A stretch of 40,541 nt of DNA from the IMG/VR virus record IMGVR_UViG_3300005805_000178, positions 1 to 40,541 of that record; one strand, 5' to 3'. The position numbers were made by a program, and so were the translations under genes. Below, piece by piece: positions 1 through 9,388 of the stretch; the stretch's first letter is position 1, and every line of letters begins with the position of its first letter. The notes beneath the pieces were generated by a model. It was not told where the DNA came from. It saw only the letters and a program-made list of their open reading frames with translations, and searched no databases. The DNA is from a virus (Duplodnaviria > Caudoviricetes).

Positions 1-847
1 CGTACACCCAGACCATGTTGGCACCAATGATGTCCACAGGATTACAGGACTTGATACCCTCATGTTCTGCCTTGAAACGAATCTTACTAGCCATCTTCTT
101 CTTGTCCATGGGCTTCTTCTTACGAATACGCAGACTCTTCACCTTGGTCTGCTGTTGTGAAATGTTGTCCATGACCGTGCTGAAGGCGTCAATAATCTTT
201 TTGAAATTTCTCTTACCCACATAGGCGTAACCTTCCACCAGCTGGTCATCCTCACCATTGTAGGCAGCATACCACTCGGCAATATGCTTGCGAAGATACT
301 GCTGGACCAACTTCAGTTGTGGACCTTTCAGATTTTTGGTCAGAATGAATCCCGCCAGGTCATCTGAGGCAGGGATGTCACCATCAAAGGCATCATCCAT
401 CTTGCCATCCAGCTCAGCCAACACAGCTGACACCTGAGCACGAATCCTGTCCTGAATGTTCGGCTTGTTAGATGTGACGGGAGCTGATGCCTTCACTTGC
501 TTCTTCACATTGGCAAAGCTCATCACATAATCACGAATACGCTGAGCATCATTAGGCTTCAATGGGAAACCTTGAAGCGCCATGCGAGCCAAAGCACAGA
601 TGGTGTTGTTCACGCTACCATGATTGCGCCAGGCTTGAATGTCCTGCTTGGCAGTGGCTGGCCGATGCTCACGGATCCATTGCTCCATGTACTTCATGTA
701 GTCCTTGTCTGAGGCACAATAATTGTGCCAATTCAGACCACGAAGCATTTCTGAATTGTAATTCTTCACATCCCCTGTCCAGGTGGGTTCCTCGGCAATC
801 ATCGAGGACTCAGATGCTGGAGGAAGAACCAGATGAAGATTAGCCAT
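1..847 (-). CDS. Conserved T4-like phage hypothetical protein (3'-truncated by window edge; not in ORF track)
   Basis: Manual translation from ATG at 847 (overlapping the stop of the 840..1112 ORF): MANLHLVLPPASESSMIAEEPTWTGDVKNYNSEMLRGLNWHNY...KPNIQDRIRAQV...LVEGYAY...RKKKPMDKKKMASKIRF...NPVDIIGANMVWVY. Open to the window edge. Confidence 0.8.
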   Translation of the reverse strand, partial: MANLHLVLPPASESSMIAEEPTWTGDVKNYNSEMLRGLNWHNYCASDKDYMKYMEQWIREHRPATAKQDIQAWRNHGSVNNTICALARMALQGFPLKPNDAQRIRDYVMSFANVKKQVKASAPVTSNKPNIQDRIRAQVSAVLAELDGKMDDAFDGDIPASDDLAGFILTKNLKGPQLKLVQQYLRKHIAEWYAAYNGEDDQLVEGYAYVGKRNFKKIIDAFSTVMDNISQQQTKVKSLRIRKKKPMDKKKMASKIRFKAEHEGIKSCNPVDIIGANMVWVY

Positions 848-1112
848 TGCTATACACCTCTTGGTCAAGGAGAGAAATCTTGTTGATACTGCCCCAACGG
901 AACGACCGCCAAGCCTGCTTCTCCATGTCCCAGACCGGACAATTATCCGGGCTAGACTTACGCTGTGACTCCTTCACTTCCTGAGAAGGAAGAAATTCAC
1001 CCGCCAATGTGCACTTCATGTCACGTATCGTACCATCCGACTTGGTGAATGTTACGGTTACAACTGATGTCCGTAGAATATTACGGATACCATCTTTAAC
1101 TACGTCATCCAT
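840..1112 (-). CDS. WYL_2/DUF2693-like SH3-fold small protein
   Basis: VTFTKSDGTIRDMKCTL...VWDMEKQAWRSFRWGSI pattern typical of this T4-like family; GGAGG SD upstream. Confidence 0.7.
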   Translation of the reverse strand: MDDVVKDGIRNILRTSVVTVTFTKSDGTIRDMKCTLAGEFLPSQEVKESQRKSSPDNCPVWDMEKQAWRSFRWGSINKISLLDQEVYSNG

Positions 1113-1141
1113 ACAGCCTCCATGTGTTAGAGTATGTATGA

Positions 1142-1170
1142 AATATAACGGATTATTGTGTGTTTGTCAA
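1142..1170 (-). promoter_or_regulatory. sigma70-type early promoter TTGACA-N17-TATATT
   Basis: Plus strand tgtcaa 1165-1170, aatata 1142-1147, 17-nt spacer. Confidence 0.85.
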
Positions 1171-1176
1171 GTGCCG

Positions 1177-1203
1177 CTAAGTGCTTATATTTCAATCACT
1201 TAG
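1177..1203. promoter_or_regulatory. 27-bp palindromic/IHF-like upstream element (copy 1 of 4)
   Basis: CTAAGTGCTTATATTTCAATCACTTAG; related copies at 19894, 34685, 36968. Confidence 0.7.
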
Positions 1204-2089
1204 GCTTCTTCACCATTCTGAACCAACTTCCGGGATTCCAATCAGTATCCATATTTGTTGTATTATCTACACGGGTTTCAGGTTCTGATTTGTTCATGGC
1301 ATCTGCAAAGTTCTTGGTGGGTGGAATCACTGTGGGTTTGGGTTCCACCTTCTTTTCTTCTTTCTTCATTGAAAGATTGGCGGCAATCACCAACAAGATG
1401 GCCAAAGGATCAAACACGAATATCAACATCAAGGTCAACAATTGAATGGCTTTATCTAAGGTTGTGGCATCATCTGCACCATACACCAGTTGTGCCACAT
1501 ACTTGATGGGACCCACTTCTGTTTCCAGTTTACGTTGGCCCACATTCAATTCTGCTTTTTGCTTTTGTAGTTGTTGTATCTTGGTGTTGCTTTCTGTGAT
1601 GCTAGCAGTCAAGCTGGTGCGTTCACGGCGTTGACTGTTTCTGATTTGCACGGCACGTTCCACACGATTCACATCTCCCACCAGGTTGTTCACAGCGGCA
1701 TCCATCTGTTGTAACGCCTGGCGTGCTGATGCAACATTGTCACGCTCTGTGGTGATTTGCTCATCCAACAAGGTGATTTGTTCTGTGTTGGCATCCAAGC
1801 CTTGTGTGCCTTCCACGTGTGCCCGTGTTAGATAACCAAAGATTCCTACACTGGTGATGAGACTCAACACCATCACAGCCACGATGAAATATCCTTTCAT
1901 CAAAATATTGGTCTTGTTCCAGAATCGGTAAATCCAACTGGCAGACACCAGCTTGCCCATTTCCAAGGCAGCACCCATCAATCCCACAGCCACAGGGGCG
2001 CCTGGGAAAATGGCAATCAACCCCGCAATGGAAAACCATGCGGCGATGGTGCTGATGAATAGTGCTGAAAAGAGAGTGATAAGGGTCAT
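1196..2089 (-). CDS. Membrane protein with 3 N-terminal TM helices, long coiled coil and C-terminal TM
   Basis: Hydrophobic N-terminal segments, heptad-rich middle, LLTLMLIFVFDPLAILLVIAA. Confidence 0.8.
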   Translation of the reverse strand: MTLITLFSALFISTIAAWFSIAGLIAIFPGAPVAVGLMGAALEMGKLVSASWIYRFWNKTNILMKGYFIVAVMVLSLITSVGIFGYLTRAHVEGTQGLDANTEQITLLDEQITTERDNVASARQALQQMDAAVNNLVGDVNRVERAVQIRNSQRRERTSLTASITESNTKIQQLQKQKAELNVGQRKLETEVGPIKYVAQLVYGADDATTLDKAIQLLTLMLIFVFDPLAILLVIAANLSMKKEEKKVEPKPTVIPPTKNFADAMNKSEPETRVDNTTNMDTDWNPGSWFRMVKKPK

Positions 2090-2481
2090 AGTTTCACATG
2101 CTTTCGGTGGACCTTACACATGATCCAATCATTATAGAATTTATCCGGGTGTTCTAACACACCATGAAGGAACTGTAATTTTGCTTCAAGATAATTGCAC
2201 TGTCCCTTGTTGGGACAAAGATGAAGTATCTCACGTTGGAAAGCTCCCTCTCCATGGGTAACAACATCAGCAAGTAATTCTTTGTTGCTTCCGTAGTATC
2301 CTCGCCAATCAGATTCCACTCGAACTCGCTTTCGCTTTCCTTTAACGGATTTTCGTCGAGCAAATGAGAATAGTTTCTTTCCAATGTACTGTCGTCCTGT
2401 GATGGTGTTGGTGATTCTGTAAACAAACCCAATGATGTTGTCAGGAACTTCAGTAAACTCTTTATCTTCATACATCCACAT
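2086..2481 (-). CDS. Small GIY-YIG family endonuclease
   Basis: GFVYRITN...GRQYIGKK...ESDWRGYYGS...LEAKLQF...FYN. Confidence 0.8.
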   Translation of the reverse strand: MWMYEDKEFTEVPDNIIGFVYRITNTITGRQYIGKKLFSFARRKSVKGKRKRVRVESDWRGYYGSNKELLADVVTHGEGAFQREILHLCPNKGQCNYLEAKLQFLHGVLEHPDKFYNDWIMCKVHRKHVKL

Positions 2482-2509
2482 AGTTAAATCCTCAATGAGA
2501 CTTAACTAT

Positions 2510-2791
2510 TTATTCCCCTAAAATAAAAGAAAATGGGTGTCTTTTTTCCGTGTCAATGTTCATACCCACATATTTACCTACAAGATTACCCAACACATAT
2601 ACAGGAATCACAGCCCAATTTCCTTTCAACAATTCATCTAGTGACCAATACATGGAAGCTAATGAAGCCAGTGCCATCCACACACTGTTTAACAATAACT
2701 TTGGTATGTTTTCTTCATAAGTATAACGAATTTCCAATACCTTTAAAATGTTAAAAACAATTTGTGAAAAGAATATCGCAAACCAAATCAT
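2510..2791 (-). CDS. Small multi-TM membrane protein (DUF5698-like)
   Basis: Three hydrophobic segments, YVLGNLVGKYVGM; resembles 31737..32042. Confidence 0.6.
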   Translation of the reverse strand: MIWFAIFFSQIVFNILKVLEIRYTYEENIPKLLLNSVWMALASLASMYWSLDELLKGNWAVIPVYVLGNLVGKYVGMNIDTEKRHPFSFILGE

Positions 2792-2798
2792 CTATGCC

Positions 2799-3872
2799 TC
2801 AGTATTTAAAGTTACTTTGTTGAATTTCTATAGCTCTTTGATAGTTATGTTCTATTTTATCTAAACTGTTTTCATATAATTTATCAAAATCACCTTGATG
2901 TATTTTATCTAATATTGTAAAATATGAATTGAAATATTCTGGCTCCCAACTATTAATATGTTGAACATTCCGTATACCAAATTCATCTATAAATGTATAG
3001 AAACCTAATTTTTCTAAACGTTCATTGTGCTCTATTCCATTGACTAATATAGGAATGGTTTTAGACAAGAAAGGAGCTATGGATTTTTCTGTTAAAAATC
3101 CTCCTGTGGTAACGCATGTGTCAACAACTAAATTCATTTTACTCATGCTAAGCAAACACAAATAGCTGTACATGAAATTTTCTCCAGAATTTTTCGCATG
3201 GAAGGTAATAGGTTCCAATACTGCATGTGAGCAATAAGGAAACATTATACCATCTTTTTTTCTTTCTACAATATGTTGATATTCATCATTGCTTTGATTT
3301 GCCGCATCAGAATTTAAATTACTATATTTCAAATAAAATCTATCGTCATTTAATGAATGTAATTTTTGAAAAAATTTGTACCGCCTTTCATGTCCACGAC
3401 GGCCAAACATAGAAAGAATAAATGGGCGGTAATTTTGCTTCAAAATGATGTTATGAAAAGTGTTTACATAATTTTCATTTGAAAAGAAAAGATCCAAATG
3501 TGCTTTAGTGCCTACTAATGATCCCGGGTCGTTCCAGGTATCAGAGCACACAGATTGCCATTTATTTTCTTGAAAGGATTGTACAATGCTAGCAAGTTCA
3601 TTTTCTGAATGAAAGTGAAAGTCTTGTATTTTTGCACAGGATTCAGCTGGATTTATGAGTATAATACGTTTGTTCTCAACATTTTTCTTTTCTACATCTA
3701 ACAAAAAACTTTTAGCGTTGTCTGGACACTCATGAGGTTCCCATTTAAAAATATATATTTTGCTTTGTGTAGATTCTTCCCACAAAAAAATATCAGAAGA
3801 AATATTTGAATCTTCTCTAAGTTTATCTAAATGATTTCCTTCGTTACTCCAAGGACCACGAAAGTTTTTCAT
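2799..3872 (-). CDS. AT-rich glycosyltransferase-like hypothetical protein
   Basis: C-terminal NLVVDT...FLTEKSIAPF...PIL...LEKLGFYTF...KIEHNY, reminiscent of GT10-like nucleotide-sugar-binding C-termini; shared with 25925..27373. Confidence 0.55.
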   Translation of the reverse strand: MKNFRGPWSNEGNHLDKLREDSNISSDIFLWEESTQSKIYIFKWEPHECPDNAKSFLLDVEKKNVENKRIILINPAESCAKIQDFHFHSENELASIVQSFQENKWQSVCSDTWNDPGSLVGTKAHLDLFFSNENYVNTFHNIILKQNYRPFILSMFGRRGHERRYKFFQKLHSLNDDRFYLKYSNLNSDAANQSNDEYQHIVERKKDGIMFPYCSHAVLEPITFHAKNSGENFMYSYLCLLSMSKMNLVVDTCVTTGGFLTEKSIAPFLSKTIPILVNGIEHNERLEKLGFYTFIDEFGIRNVQHINSWEPEYFNSYFTILDKIHQGDFDKLYENSLDKIEHNYQRAIEIQQSNFKY

Positions 3873-4027
3873 TCCTCATCTTCTCCCATGTCATACTCAT
3901 AATCCTCATCATCTTCTAAAGATTCCCCGCAAAAAGGACAAAACTCTACACGATAATGGTCATCATCCATGTCGTGCCGAAGGGTGAATTCAGCTTCACA
4001 TTCTACACATACAAATATTTTATGCAT
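3869..4027 (-). CDS. Small zinc-ribbon protein with acidic tail (52 aa; not in ORF track)
   Basis: MHKIFVCVECEAEFTLRHDMDDDHYRVEFCPFCGESLEDDEDYEYDMGEDEE; two CxxC; fills the gap between neighbours with overlapping start/stop. Confidence 0.75.
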   Translation of the reverse strand: MHKIFVCVECEAEFTLRHDMDDDHYRVEFCPFCGESLEDDEDYEYDMGEDEE

Positions 4028-4652
4028 CAATTTCTACCTCTAGTTTAGACACATCCTTTCGTTCAGCCATAACATAGTAATAATATGGCAAACGTTGATT
4101 ACCCAACACCTGAATTGCTAAGCCATTCACATTATTAACAGCCAAATTTTGATCCATGTTAGTAGGTGTTAAATGCACTGTAATAGTTTTTACATCAACA
4201 AGGTCTTCCCAATATCCTGGTAACGGGATGATGCCTTCAGATGTCTTGCCTCGAACATATACAGCAAGTTCAGGGCCTTCAAGGCATCCATGACGTAAAC
4301 GCATATCTTCTTTTTGAGGATGTGGGATGTCAAATAATTTTGTAGTACCTACAATGGAATTGGCCCATGTAGCTGTTCCGCCTACAGTAAGATTGCCTGA
4401 TGTGATGAGATTGCCATTTACTGTAGTGTTTCCCGCCGTTAATGATCCGCTAACAGTGGCATTACCTTCTGTGCTAAGGTTTCCTTTATGTGTAAGATTA
4501 CCTGCTTGTGTTAAAACAAATACACTTTGATTTGAATTATTTTTTAACGTGGTAGTACCTGTCATACTCACAACAAAATTCCTAATCTTGGCATTCACAT
4601 TACCCAATATTACATCTTCGGAATCTTCATTAAAAATTGCATCATCACTCAT
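4020..4652 (-). CDS. Beta-helix-like repeat protein with phage tail/baseplate-type C-terminal domain
   Basis: G-N-L-x-x repeats (GNLTHKGNLSTEGNATVSGSLTAGN) followed by FDIPHP...LRHGCLEGPELAVYVRG...AERKDV. Confidence 0.55.
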   Translation of the reverse strand: MSDDAIFNEDSEDVILGNVNAKIRNFVVSMTGTTTLKNNSNQSVFVLTQAGNLTHKGNLSTEGNATVSGSLTAGNTTVNGNLITSGNLTVGGTATWANSIVGTTKLFDIPHPQKEDMRLRHGCLEGPELAVYVRGKTSEGIIPLPGYWEDLVDVKTITVHLTPTNMDQNLAVNNVNGLAIQVLGNQRLPYYYYVMAERKDVSKLEVEIDA

Positions 4653-4909
4653 AATACCCCCTGAATGGCCTCTACATATATTTTCTTAGGATGTGCTCCA
4701 GTTATAGTTTGTACTGGGGCATCATCCTTGAAAATTATTACCGTAGGAACTGAACGAATACCATATAACTCTACTTGTTCAGGTTCTTGGTCAACGTTTA
4801 CTGTTTGAAATACTACATCAGGTGTTTCTTGTTCAATTTGTGAAATAATAGGTGCCAACATTCTACATGGTGCACACCAAGGCGCTGTGTAACGAACAAA
4901 TTTTATCAT
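4649..4909 (-). CDS. trxA: Thioredoxin
   Basis: WCAPC active site, IRSVPT cis-Pro motif, directly after RNR. Confidence 0.9.
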   Translation of the reverse strand: MIKFVRYTAPWCAPCRMLAPIISQIEQETPDVVFQTVNVDQEPEQVELYGIRSVPTVIIFKDDAPVQTITGAHPKKIYVEAIQGVL

Positions 4910-6765
4910 ACGATTTCACATGCTCCGGCTGCACATGCTGCTTCGCCTCGAAGGTCAGTAGCATCTTCAGTTTCAATTACATTATCAAGATTTATGTTGT
5001 GTAATGTTTTCACTGCTTCAAGATATGTAGCTTCATCAATATCTTCAAACGGTGCTTGTACATATGTATGGTCGCTGTAAGGCAACACGGACAGTGCTGT
5101 AAAGTTTTCACGATTGTCCCACATCCAGGCTCCCACTTCATCCCATTCACCAGGCTTGATGGTCACAGTTGTGGACACATTGTTCTTGTTGGCACCCTTA
5201 CGATGTCCTGGCTTCACCCATTCCTTCCAGACCTTGCTCACACGCTTCAACAAATCCAAAGCAGATTCTTGTCGTGTGACAGCACCTTCAGGTGCCTTCT
5301 GTGGCACTTCAATGACAGCTTGAATGTTAGGCTTGAAATATTCATCTGTCACCAATTCAGGATGATTCAACTTCAAATAGGTGTAGATGCTTTCATTCTT
5401 ACCTACACGAATTCTACGAATATAATGATTGTTATGCCAGGCATGAATACCGGATGAGGTGCCAAGTACCAATGAACTTGTTCCTTCCGGCTTCACTGTA
5501 GTACACCGGGCCGCAGGATTGGTCCCAATCAACCCAGCGATACGTGCGTTTTCCTCCTTCACTACGTTGGCGGCTTCCTTCAAGTCCAGCTTGAGCACAG
5601 AACCTGAGGCAATACCAGTCATACTCACTCCAATAAGAGCTTCCTTCTCTGTTGTTCTCTTCCATACATCTCTCAAATAGTGAAAGTTGGTGTAGCTGGC
5701 TTGTAATGTTCCGATGAATGCTGCTGCCTTTGCACGTGCGTTCAAGTCATCTTGGTCTACTACATCACCGGCATGGATAGTTGTGAGATTACAGAATTGG
5801 AACGGACGAAGTGAGATTTCAGCACAGGGATTCATACCCCAATCTTTGTCATTGGTGAAGAAGAAGCCAGGTTCACCTGAGCCAGAGGCTTCAATCTTCT
5901 TCCAAAGGTTCATGAATGTTTCTTCTTCCACCTTGGAACGAACAATCACAGCAGAATTGTTGGCACGACCCCGATGTGAGTGTTGTTCCCACCAGTTGCC
6001 GAACTTACAGGTCAGCATGTCATCATCATCAATGTCAAATAATGAAATCATGGCTGACCGACGAATGCCACCTGCCAACACAGCATCTGCGATATAGCAC
6101 AAGATGTCATGCACTTCCAATGAAGTAAGTTGTTCACCGTTTTGCTTGCGGTCCAGAATCTTCTGGACATTGTGGAGACAATCCTTCAGAGGTTCAGGAC
6201 CAGGTGCCTTGCCACCTGATGTGATGAGAGGCGCACCCTTCTCACGAACATCAGAGAAATCATACACAGGCATGGCCTTGCCCTTCATGTAGGCTGTCAT
6301 CAACACCTTCACGGCATCTGCCCATCCTTCGATGCTATCTCCTACAAGATAGCGGCGTGACTTCACAGGCTTGTTGATTTCAGGAAGTTCTTCGATATGG
6401 TGATTTTGTACAGAGTATCCTACACCTGTACCTGATAGAAGAAGGAACATCACTTCACTGAAGGCATCAACGTGATTGATAGGCAGGAAACAGCAGTTGT
6501 ATAAACGAGCATTGTTGATGGCGATGGGTTTGCCAGCAAATTGTAATGAACGCATGCTAGGAAGAATCTTCTTGTCATACACAAACTTATAGGCTTCATT
6601 GATTTCCTGTTTTAAAGCAGGAAATTTTTCAATATGCATTTTCTTGTTTCGGTCAACAAGTTCTTTCCAATTTTCACGACGACCTAATTTGTTATCAAAC
6701 TTAGCATACTTCATGAATACAGTGATGTCACTTAAAATCTTTGCGGGTAATTCCATCTTACTCAT
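4906..6765 (-). CDS. nrdJ: Class II (adenosylcobalamin-dependent) ribonucleotide reductase
   Basis: PSMRSL, YNCC, GGIRRSA, NPCAEI (thiyl Cys), TVKPEGT, C-terminal CAAGAC; single chain with no nrdB nearby. Confidence 0.9.
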   Translation of the reverse strand: MSKMELPAKILSDITVFMKYAKFDNKLGRRENWKELVDRNKKMHIEKFPALKQEINEAYKFVYDKKILPSMRSLQFAGKPIAINNARLYNCCFLPINHVDAFSEVMFLLLSGTGVGYSVQNHHIEELPEINKPVKSRRYLVGDSIEGWADAVKVLMTAYMKGKAMPVYDFSDVREKGAPLITSGGKAPGPEPLKDCLHNVQKILDRKQNGEQLTSLEVHDILCYIADAVLAGGIRRSAMISLFDIDDDDMLTCKFGNWWEQHSHRGRANNSAVIVRSKVEEETFMNLWKKIEASGSGEPGFFFTNDKDWGMNPCAEISLRPFQFCNLTTIHAGDVVDQDDLNARAKAAAFIGTLQASYTNFHYLRDVWKRTTEKEALIGVSMTGIASGSVLKLDLKEAANVVKEENARIAGLIGTNPAARCTTVKPEGTSSLVLGTSSGIHAWHNNHYIRRIRVGKNESIYTYLKLNHPELVTDEYFKPNIQAVIEVPQKAPEGAVTRQESALDLLKRVSKVWKEWVKPGHRKGANKNNVSTTVTIKPGEWDEVGAWMWDNRENFTALSVLPYSDHTYVQAPFEDIDEATYLEAVKTLHNINLDNVIETEDATDLRGEAACAAGACEIV

Positions 6766-7163
6766 TTGGCGGGTTCCTGGAGCTGTAGGGCTCGGTGAAT
6801 GTTGGGAGGAAAATATGTGTTGGGCTTCAGAATCTTGCCATCCTCACGACGGATGACTTGACCATCAACAGTCTTGCTCATGTTCGATGAGGTGATTTCC
6901 TGCCATACAGGACCCATAGGAATACCTAGGGTATTGCACAGACCGAAAATCACCCAAATTAAATCACCACAAGCATCTGCTGTTTCTACAATATCTTTAT
7001 TAGCAAATCCTTCTTCTAGTTCTTCAAACTCCTCTCGAATAAGATTTAAATAAAGATTAGCCTGTGAAAGACTTTCAGGAGTGAAAGCCGGTCTGTTCTC
7101 TACTACTTGACCACATGCTTCCATAAAAATACGAACATCATTTTGCATATTACTCAGTCTCAT
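6762..7163 (-). CDS. MazG-like/PRA-PH family NTP pyrophosphohydrolase
   Basis: LIREEFEEL...ADACGDLIWV...SNMSK...RREDGKILKP. Confidence 0.85.
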   Translation of the reverse strand: MRLSNMQNDVRIFMEACGQVVENRPAFTPESLSQANLYLNLIREEFEELEEGFANKDIVETADACGDLIWVIFGLCNTLGIPMGPVWQEITSSNMSKTVDGQVIRREDGKILKPNTYFPPNIHRALQLQEPAK

Positions 7164-7821
7164 TATGTGAAAAGTTATTTATCAATGGGAAAATTTCAGC
7201 AATCACTTTGGCACACTCCAAGGCAATTTCCCGATGTTCAAGTTGTGTTGATACGTGGCTGCGTGTTTCTATATAGTGAATCCAACTTCTTAACGTTCCG
7301 TTAACATACATACGACTCATGGTTAATCCTTCAGGTAATACGGCCCGAGCAACTTCTTTGGCAATTCCTTCCCGTATAGCCCATTCATATGCATGTTTAG
7401 CTTCTATCAACACTTTTTGTTGATAACGCTCCCACCAATATTGTAAATGTTCATCATCAACAGGAATGGAGTTTTGACGATTCTTGTGGTCTTGAAGTCG
7501 GGCCTCACGTGTTTGAAATTCCAATTCTTGTACAGGATCAGCATATCGTTGACTGAATTCCTGAAAGGTGAAGCTTCTATGGCGAAGAAGTTGCCGTGCA
7601 ATATCACGGGTAGTTTCAATTTCCAAACAGACATTCACCATCTCAAAGGGACTCCAGTGCTTCCACTTGATGAGATAGTTAATAAGTTTTTCAGCTGTGT
7701 CTGTGTTTGCTTGATTACTTGGATTACTCACACGGGCACAAAATGCCACAAGTTCTGTTGGTGTGGAAATGAAATCAAAATCATCACATGCAATTGTATG
7801 GGATACCATCCTCACTTTCAT
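7150..7821 (-). CDS. thyX: Flavin-dependent thymidylate synthase
   Basis: HWSPFE, RHRSFTFQEFSQRY, TQLEHR; start moved to ATG 7821 (TAATG coupling to primase stop). Confidence 0.95.
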   Translation of the reverse strand: MKVRMVSHTIACDDFDFISTPTELVAFCARVSNPSNQANTDTAEKLINYLIKWKHWSPFEMVNVCLEIETTRDIARQLLRHRSFTFQEFSQRYADPVQELEFQTREARLQDHKNRQNSIPVDDEHLQYWWERYQQKVLIEAKHAYEWAIREGIAKEVARAVLPEGLTMSRMYVNGTLRSWIHYIETRSHVSTQLEHREIALECAKVIAEIFPLINNFSHNETE

Positions 7822-8837
7822 TAACAATTTCTCCATTCTGTAAATTTGAGTTGGGCCATAAGTCCCTGGTAGGTGTGTTCGTGAATAAGGCGTCGGACCT
7901 CACCTCCGTTTTCCACAAACTCGTTAATATCTTTTGCCACAATGTCACAAGGCCAAATAACAACCTTGTAATCAAGTTTAATATATTTTTCAACAAGACG
8001 ACATACCTCTGTGTTTCTTGGTTGATTATCAAATACAATTCGAATTAAATCTTTATCTAATCCCAAAGCTTCAATTTTTCCAAATCCCGTACCAGCCACC
8101 GCCACACAGTTATCAACAAATAGGCTATCAATAGGACCTTCAACAATTGTAATGGGTTCATTTTTCTTAACATTGTTCATACCAAAAAGTAAAGGTTCAT
8201 TTTCCTTCAACTTAATAATTATATATCGAAGATGTTCACCTCGTAAGGCACGCATTGTCACCCCGGTTAATTCTCCCTGTTCATTATAGAAAGGAAGAAG
8301 CAATCGAGGTTCTTCAGTTTTAATTGATGTATATTCCGGAGCAATTTTTACAATATCTTTTACAGATGGGATATAGTACAAGTCTATAAACTTACTACGA
8401 GGAATGCTTCGGGACAAGCAATACTGGACCGCCTCATTTTTATCTGGTAATTCAGATAGTTTCTGTGCCACTTGTTCCAGTATTGGCTTAGGTTTGAATT
8501 CTATCTTCTCATGCTGATACACGAATTCTTCAGCATTGGTGTGTGCCTTAGGTCCATTCTCTCCTTTACTATATCGCTCGAACACATATTGCTGATAGGT
8601 GTGAGCATCAAGATTCTTCAGGAAAGTACCGAAGTGTTGGCTGGCATCACAGTTATGACACTTGTAATATAAATCATTCTTTTGACGATAGAAATAGCCG
8701 CGAGCCTTTCGCTTATTCGTTTTAGAATCACCGCAAATAATGCAACGACAATTCCACAAATCGGTTTTCTTCTTTGCGAACAAAGGTAACCGATGGCTCA
8801 CCATATTCAAATATTTTGTGTCTATAAAATATGACAT
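7821..8837 (-). CDS. 61: DNA primase (T4 gp61)
   Basis: CRCIICGDS...ARGYF...KCHNC zinc finger; TOPRIM EGPIDS, FDNQPRN, KDINE. Confidence 0.95.
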   Translation of the reverse strand: MSYFIDTKYLNMVSHRLPLFAKKKTDLWNCRCIICGDSKTNKRKARGYFYRQKNDLYYKCHNCDASQHFGTFLKNLDAHTYQQYVFERYSKGENGPKAHTNAEEFVYQHEKIEFKPKPILEQVAQKLSELPDKNEAVQYCLSRSIPRSKFIDLYYIPSVKDIVKIAPEYTSIKTEEPRLLLPFYNEQGELTGVTMRALRGEHLRYIIIKLKENEPLLFGMNNVKKNEPITIVEGPIDSLFVDNCVAVAGTGFGKIEALGLDKDLIRIVFDNQPRNTEVCRLVEKYIKLDYKVVIWPCDIVAKDINEFVENGGEVRRLIHEHTYQGLMAQLKFTEWRNC

Positions 8838-8886
8838 CGTGTATCCTCCTATAAAGAAAGATACACGATGATGTGTAAATTGTCAA
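8835..8886 (-). promoter_or_regulatory. Promoter TTGACA-N17-TATCTT overlapping a 16-bp hairpin that sequesters the primase SD and AUG
   Basis: CATCGTGTATC (8835-8845) / GATACACGATG (8860-8870) perfect inverted repeat; -35 at 8881-8886, -10 at 8858-8863. Confidence 0.8.
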
Positions 8887-8896
8887 GTTTTATATT

Positions 8897-9388
8897 TTAT
8901 TTGCTAAATAACATTCCCACCATTTCATGTGCGAAAGCGCCAACCACCACACTACCACCCATGATGAGCCATTTCCATCGTTCCAGTTCAGCCACACGCT
9001 TCTCCAATTTAGCCTGTTGTTCCGTGGTGGCTTTGGTTTCTTCTGTAATGCACTTTTTAATTTCTGATGTGCCATAGGTCATGGCGGTCATCAATCGTTG
9101 TTCTGTTTCTGTGATGTCATCGGACAACTCACGACTGACCGTGGTGATACGAGAATGCAACTCTTTGATATCACCCTGTATTTCCTGCCGGCGTTTTTCC
9201 ACCAATGAGAACAACTCCTCGTCTATGTCATCCTGTTTGGATAAGCGTTCTTCATGAACAGCCAACATCTTGGCAATGTTATTGGACACATCACCCATTT
9301 TTTCTATGGCGGTATCCAAGCGTGAAAAGAGCGATGTCATTCTGTTGACATCACTCTTTAACACTGCCACTTCTGTTTCTAGATTCAT
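8897..9388 (-). CDS. Coiled-coil protein with C-terminal TM anchor
   Basis: LAVHEERL...RVAELERWKWLIMGGSVVVG. Confidence 0.75.
   Translation of the reverse strand: MNLETEVAVLKSDVNRMTSLFSRLDTAIEKMGDVSNNIAKMLAVHEERLSKQDDIDEELFSLVEKRRQEIQGDIKELHSRITTVSRELSDDITETEQRLMTAMTYGTSEIKKCITEETKATTEQQAKLEKRVAELERWKWLIMGGSVVVGAFAHEMVGMLFSK

Noticed and set aside
2086-2481. GIY-YIG as a mobile homing endonuclease or intron
   Set aside because: Single catalytic domain without DNA-binding extension; no interrupted gene
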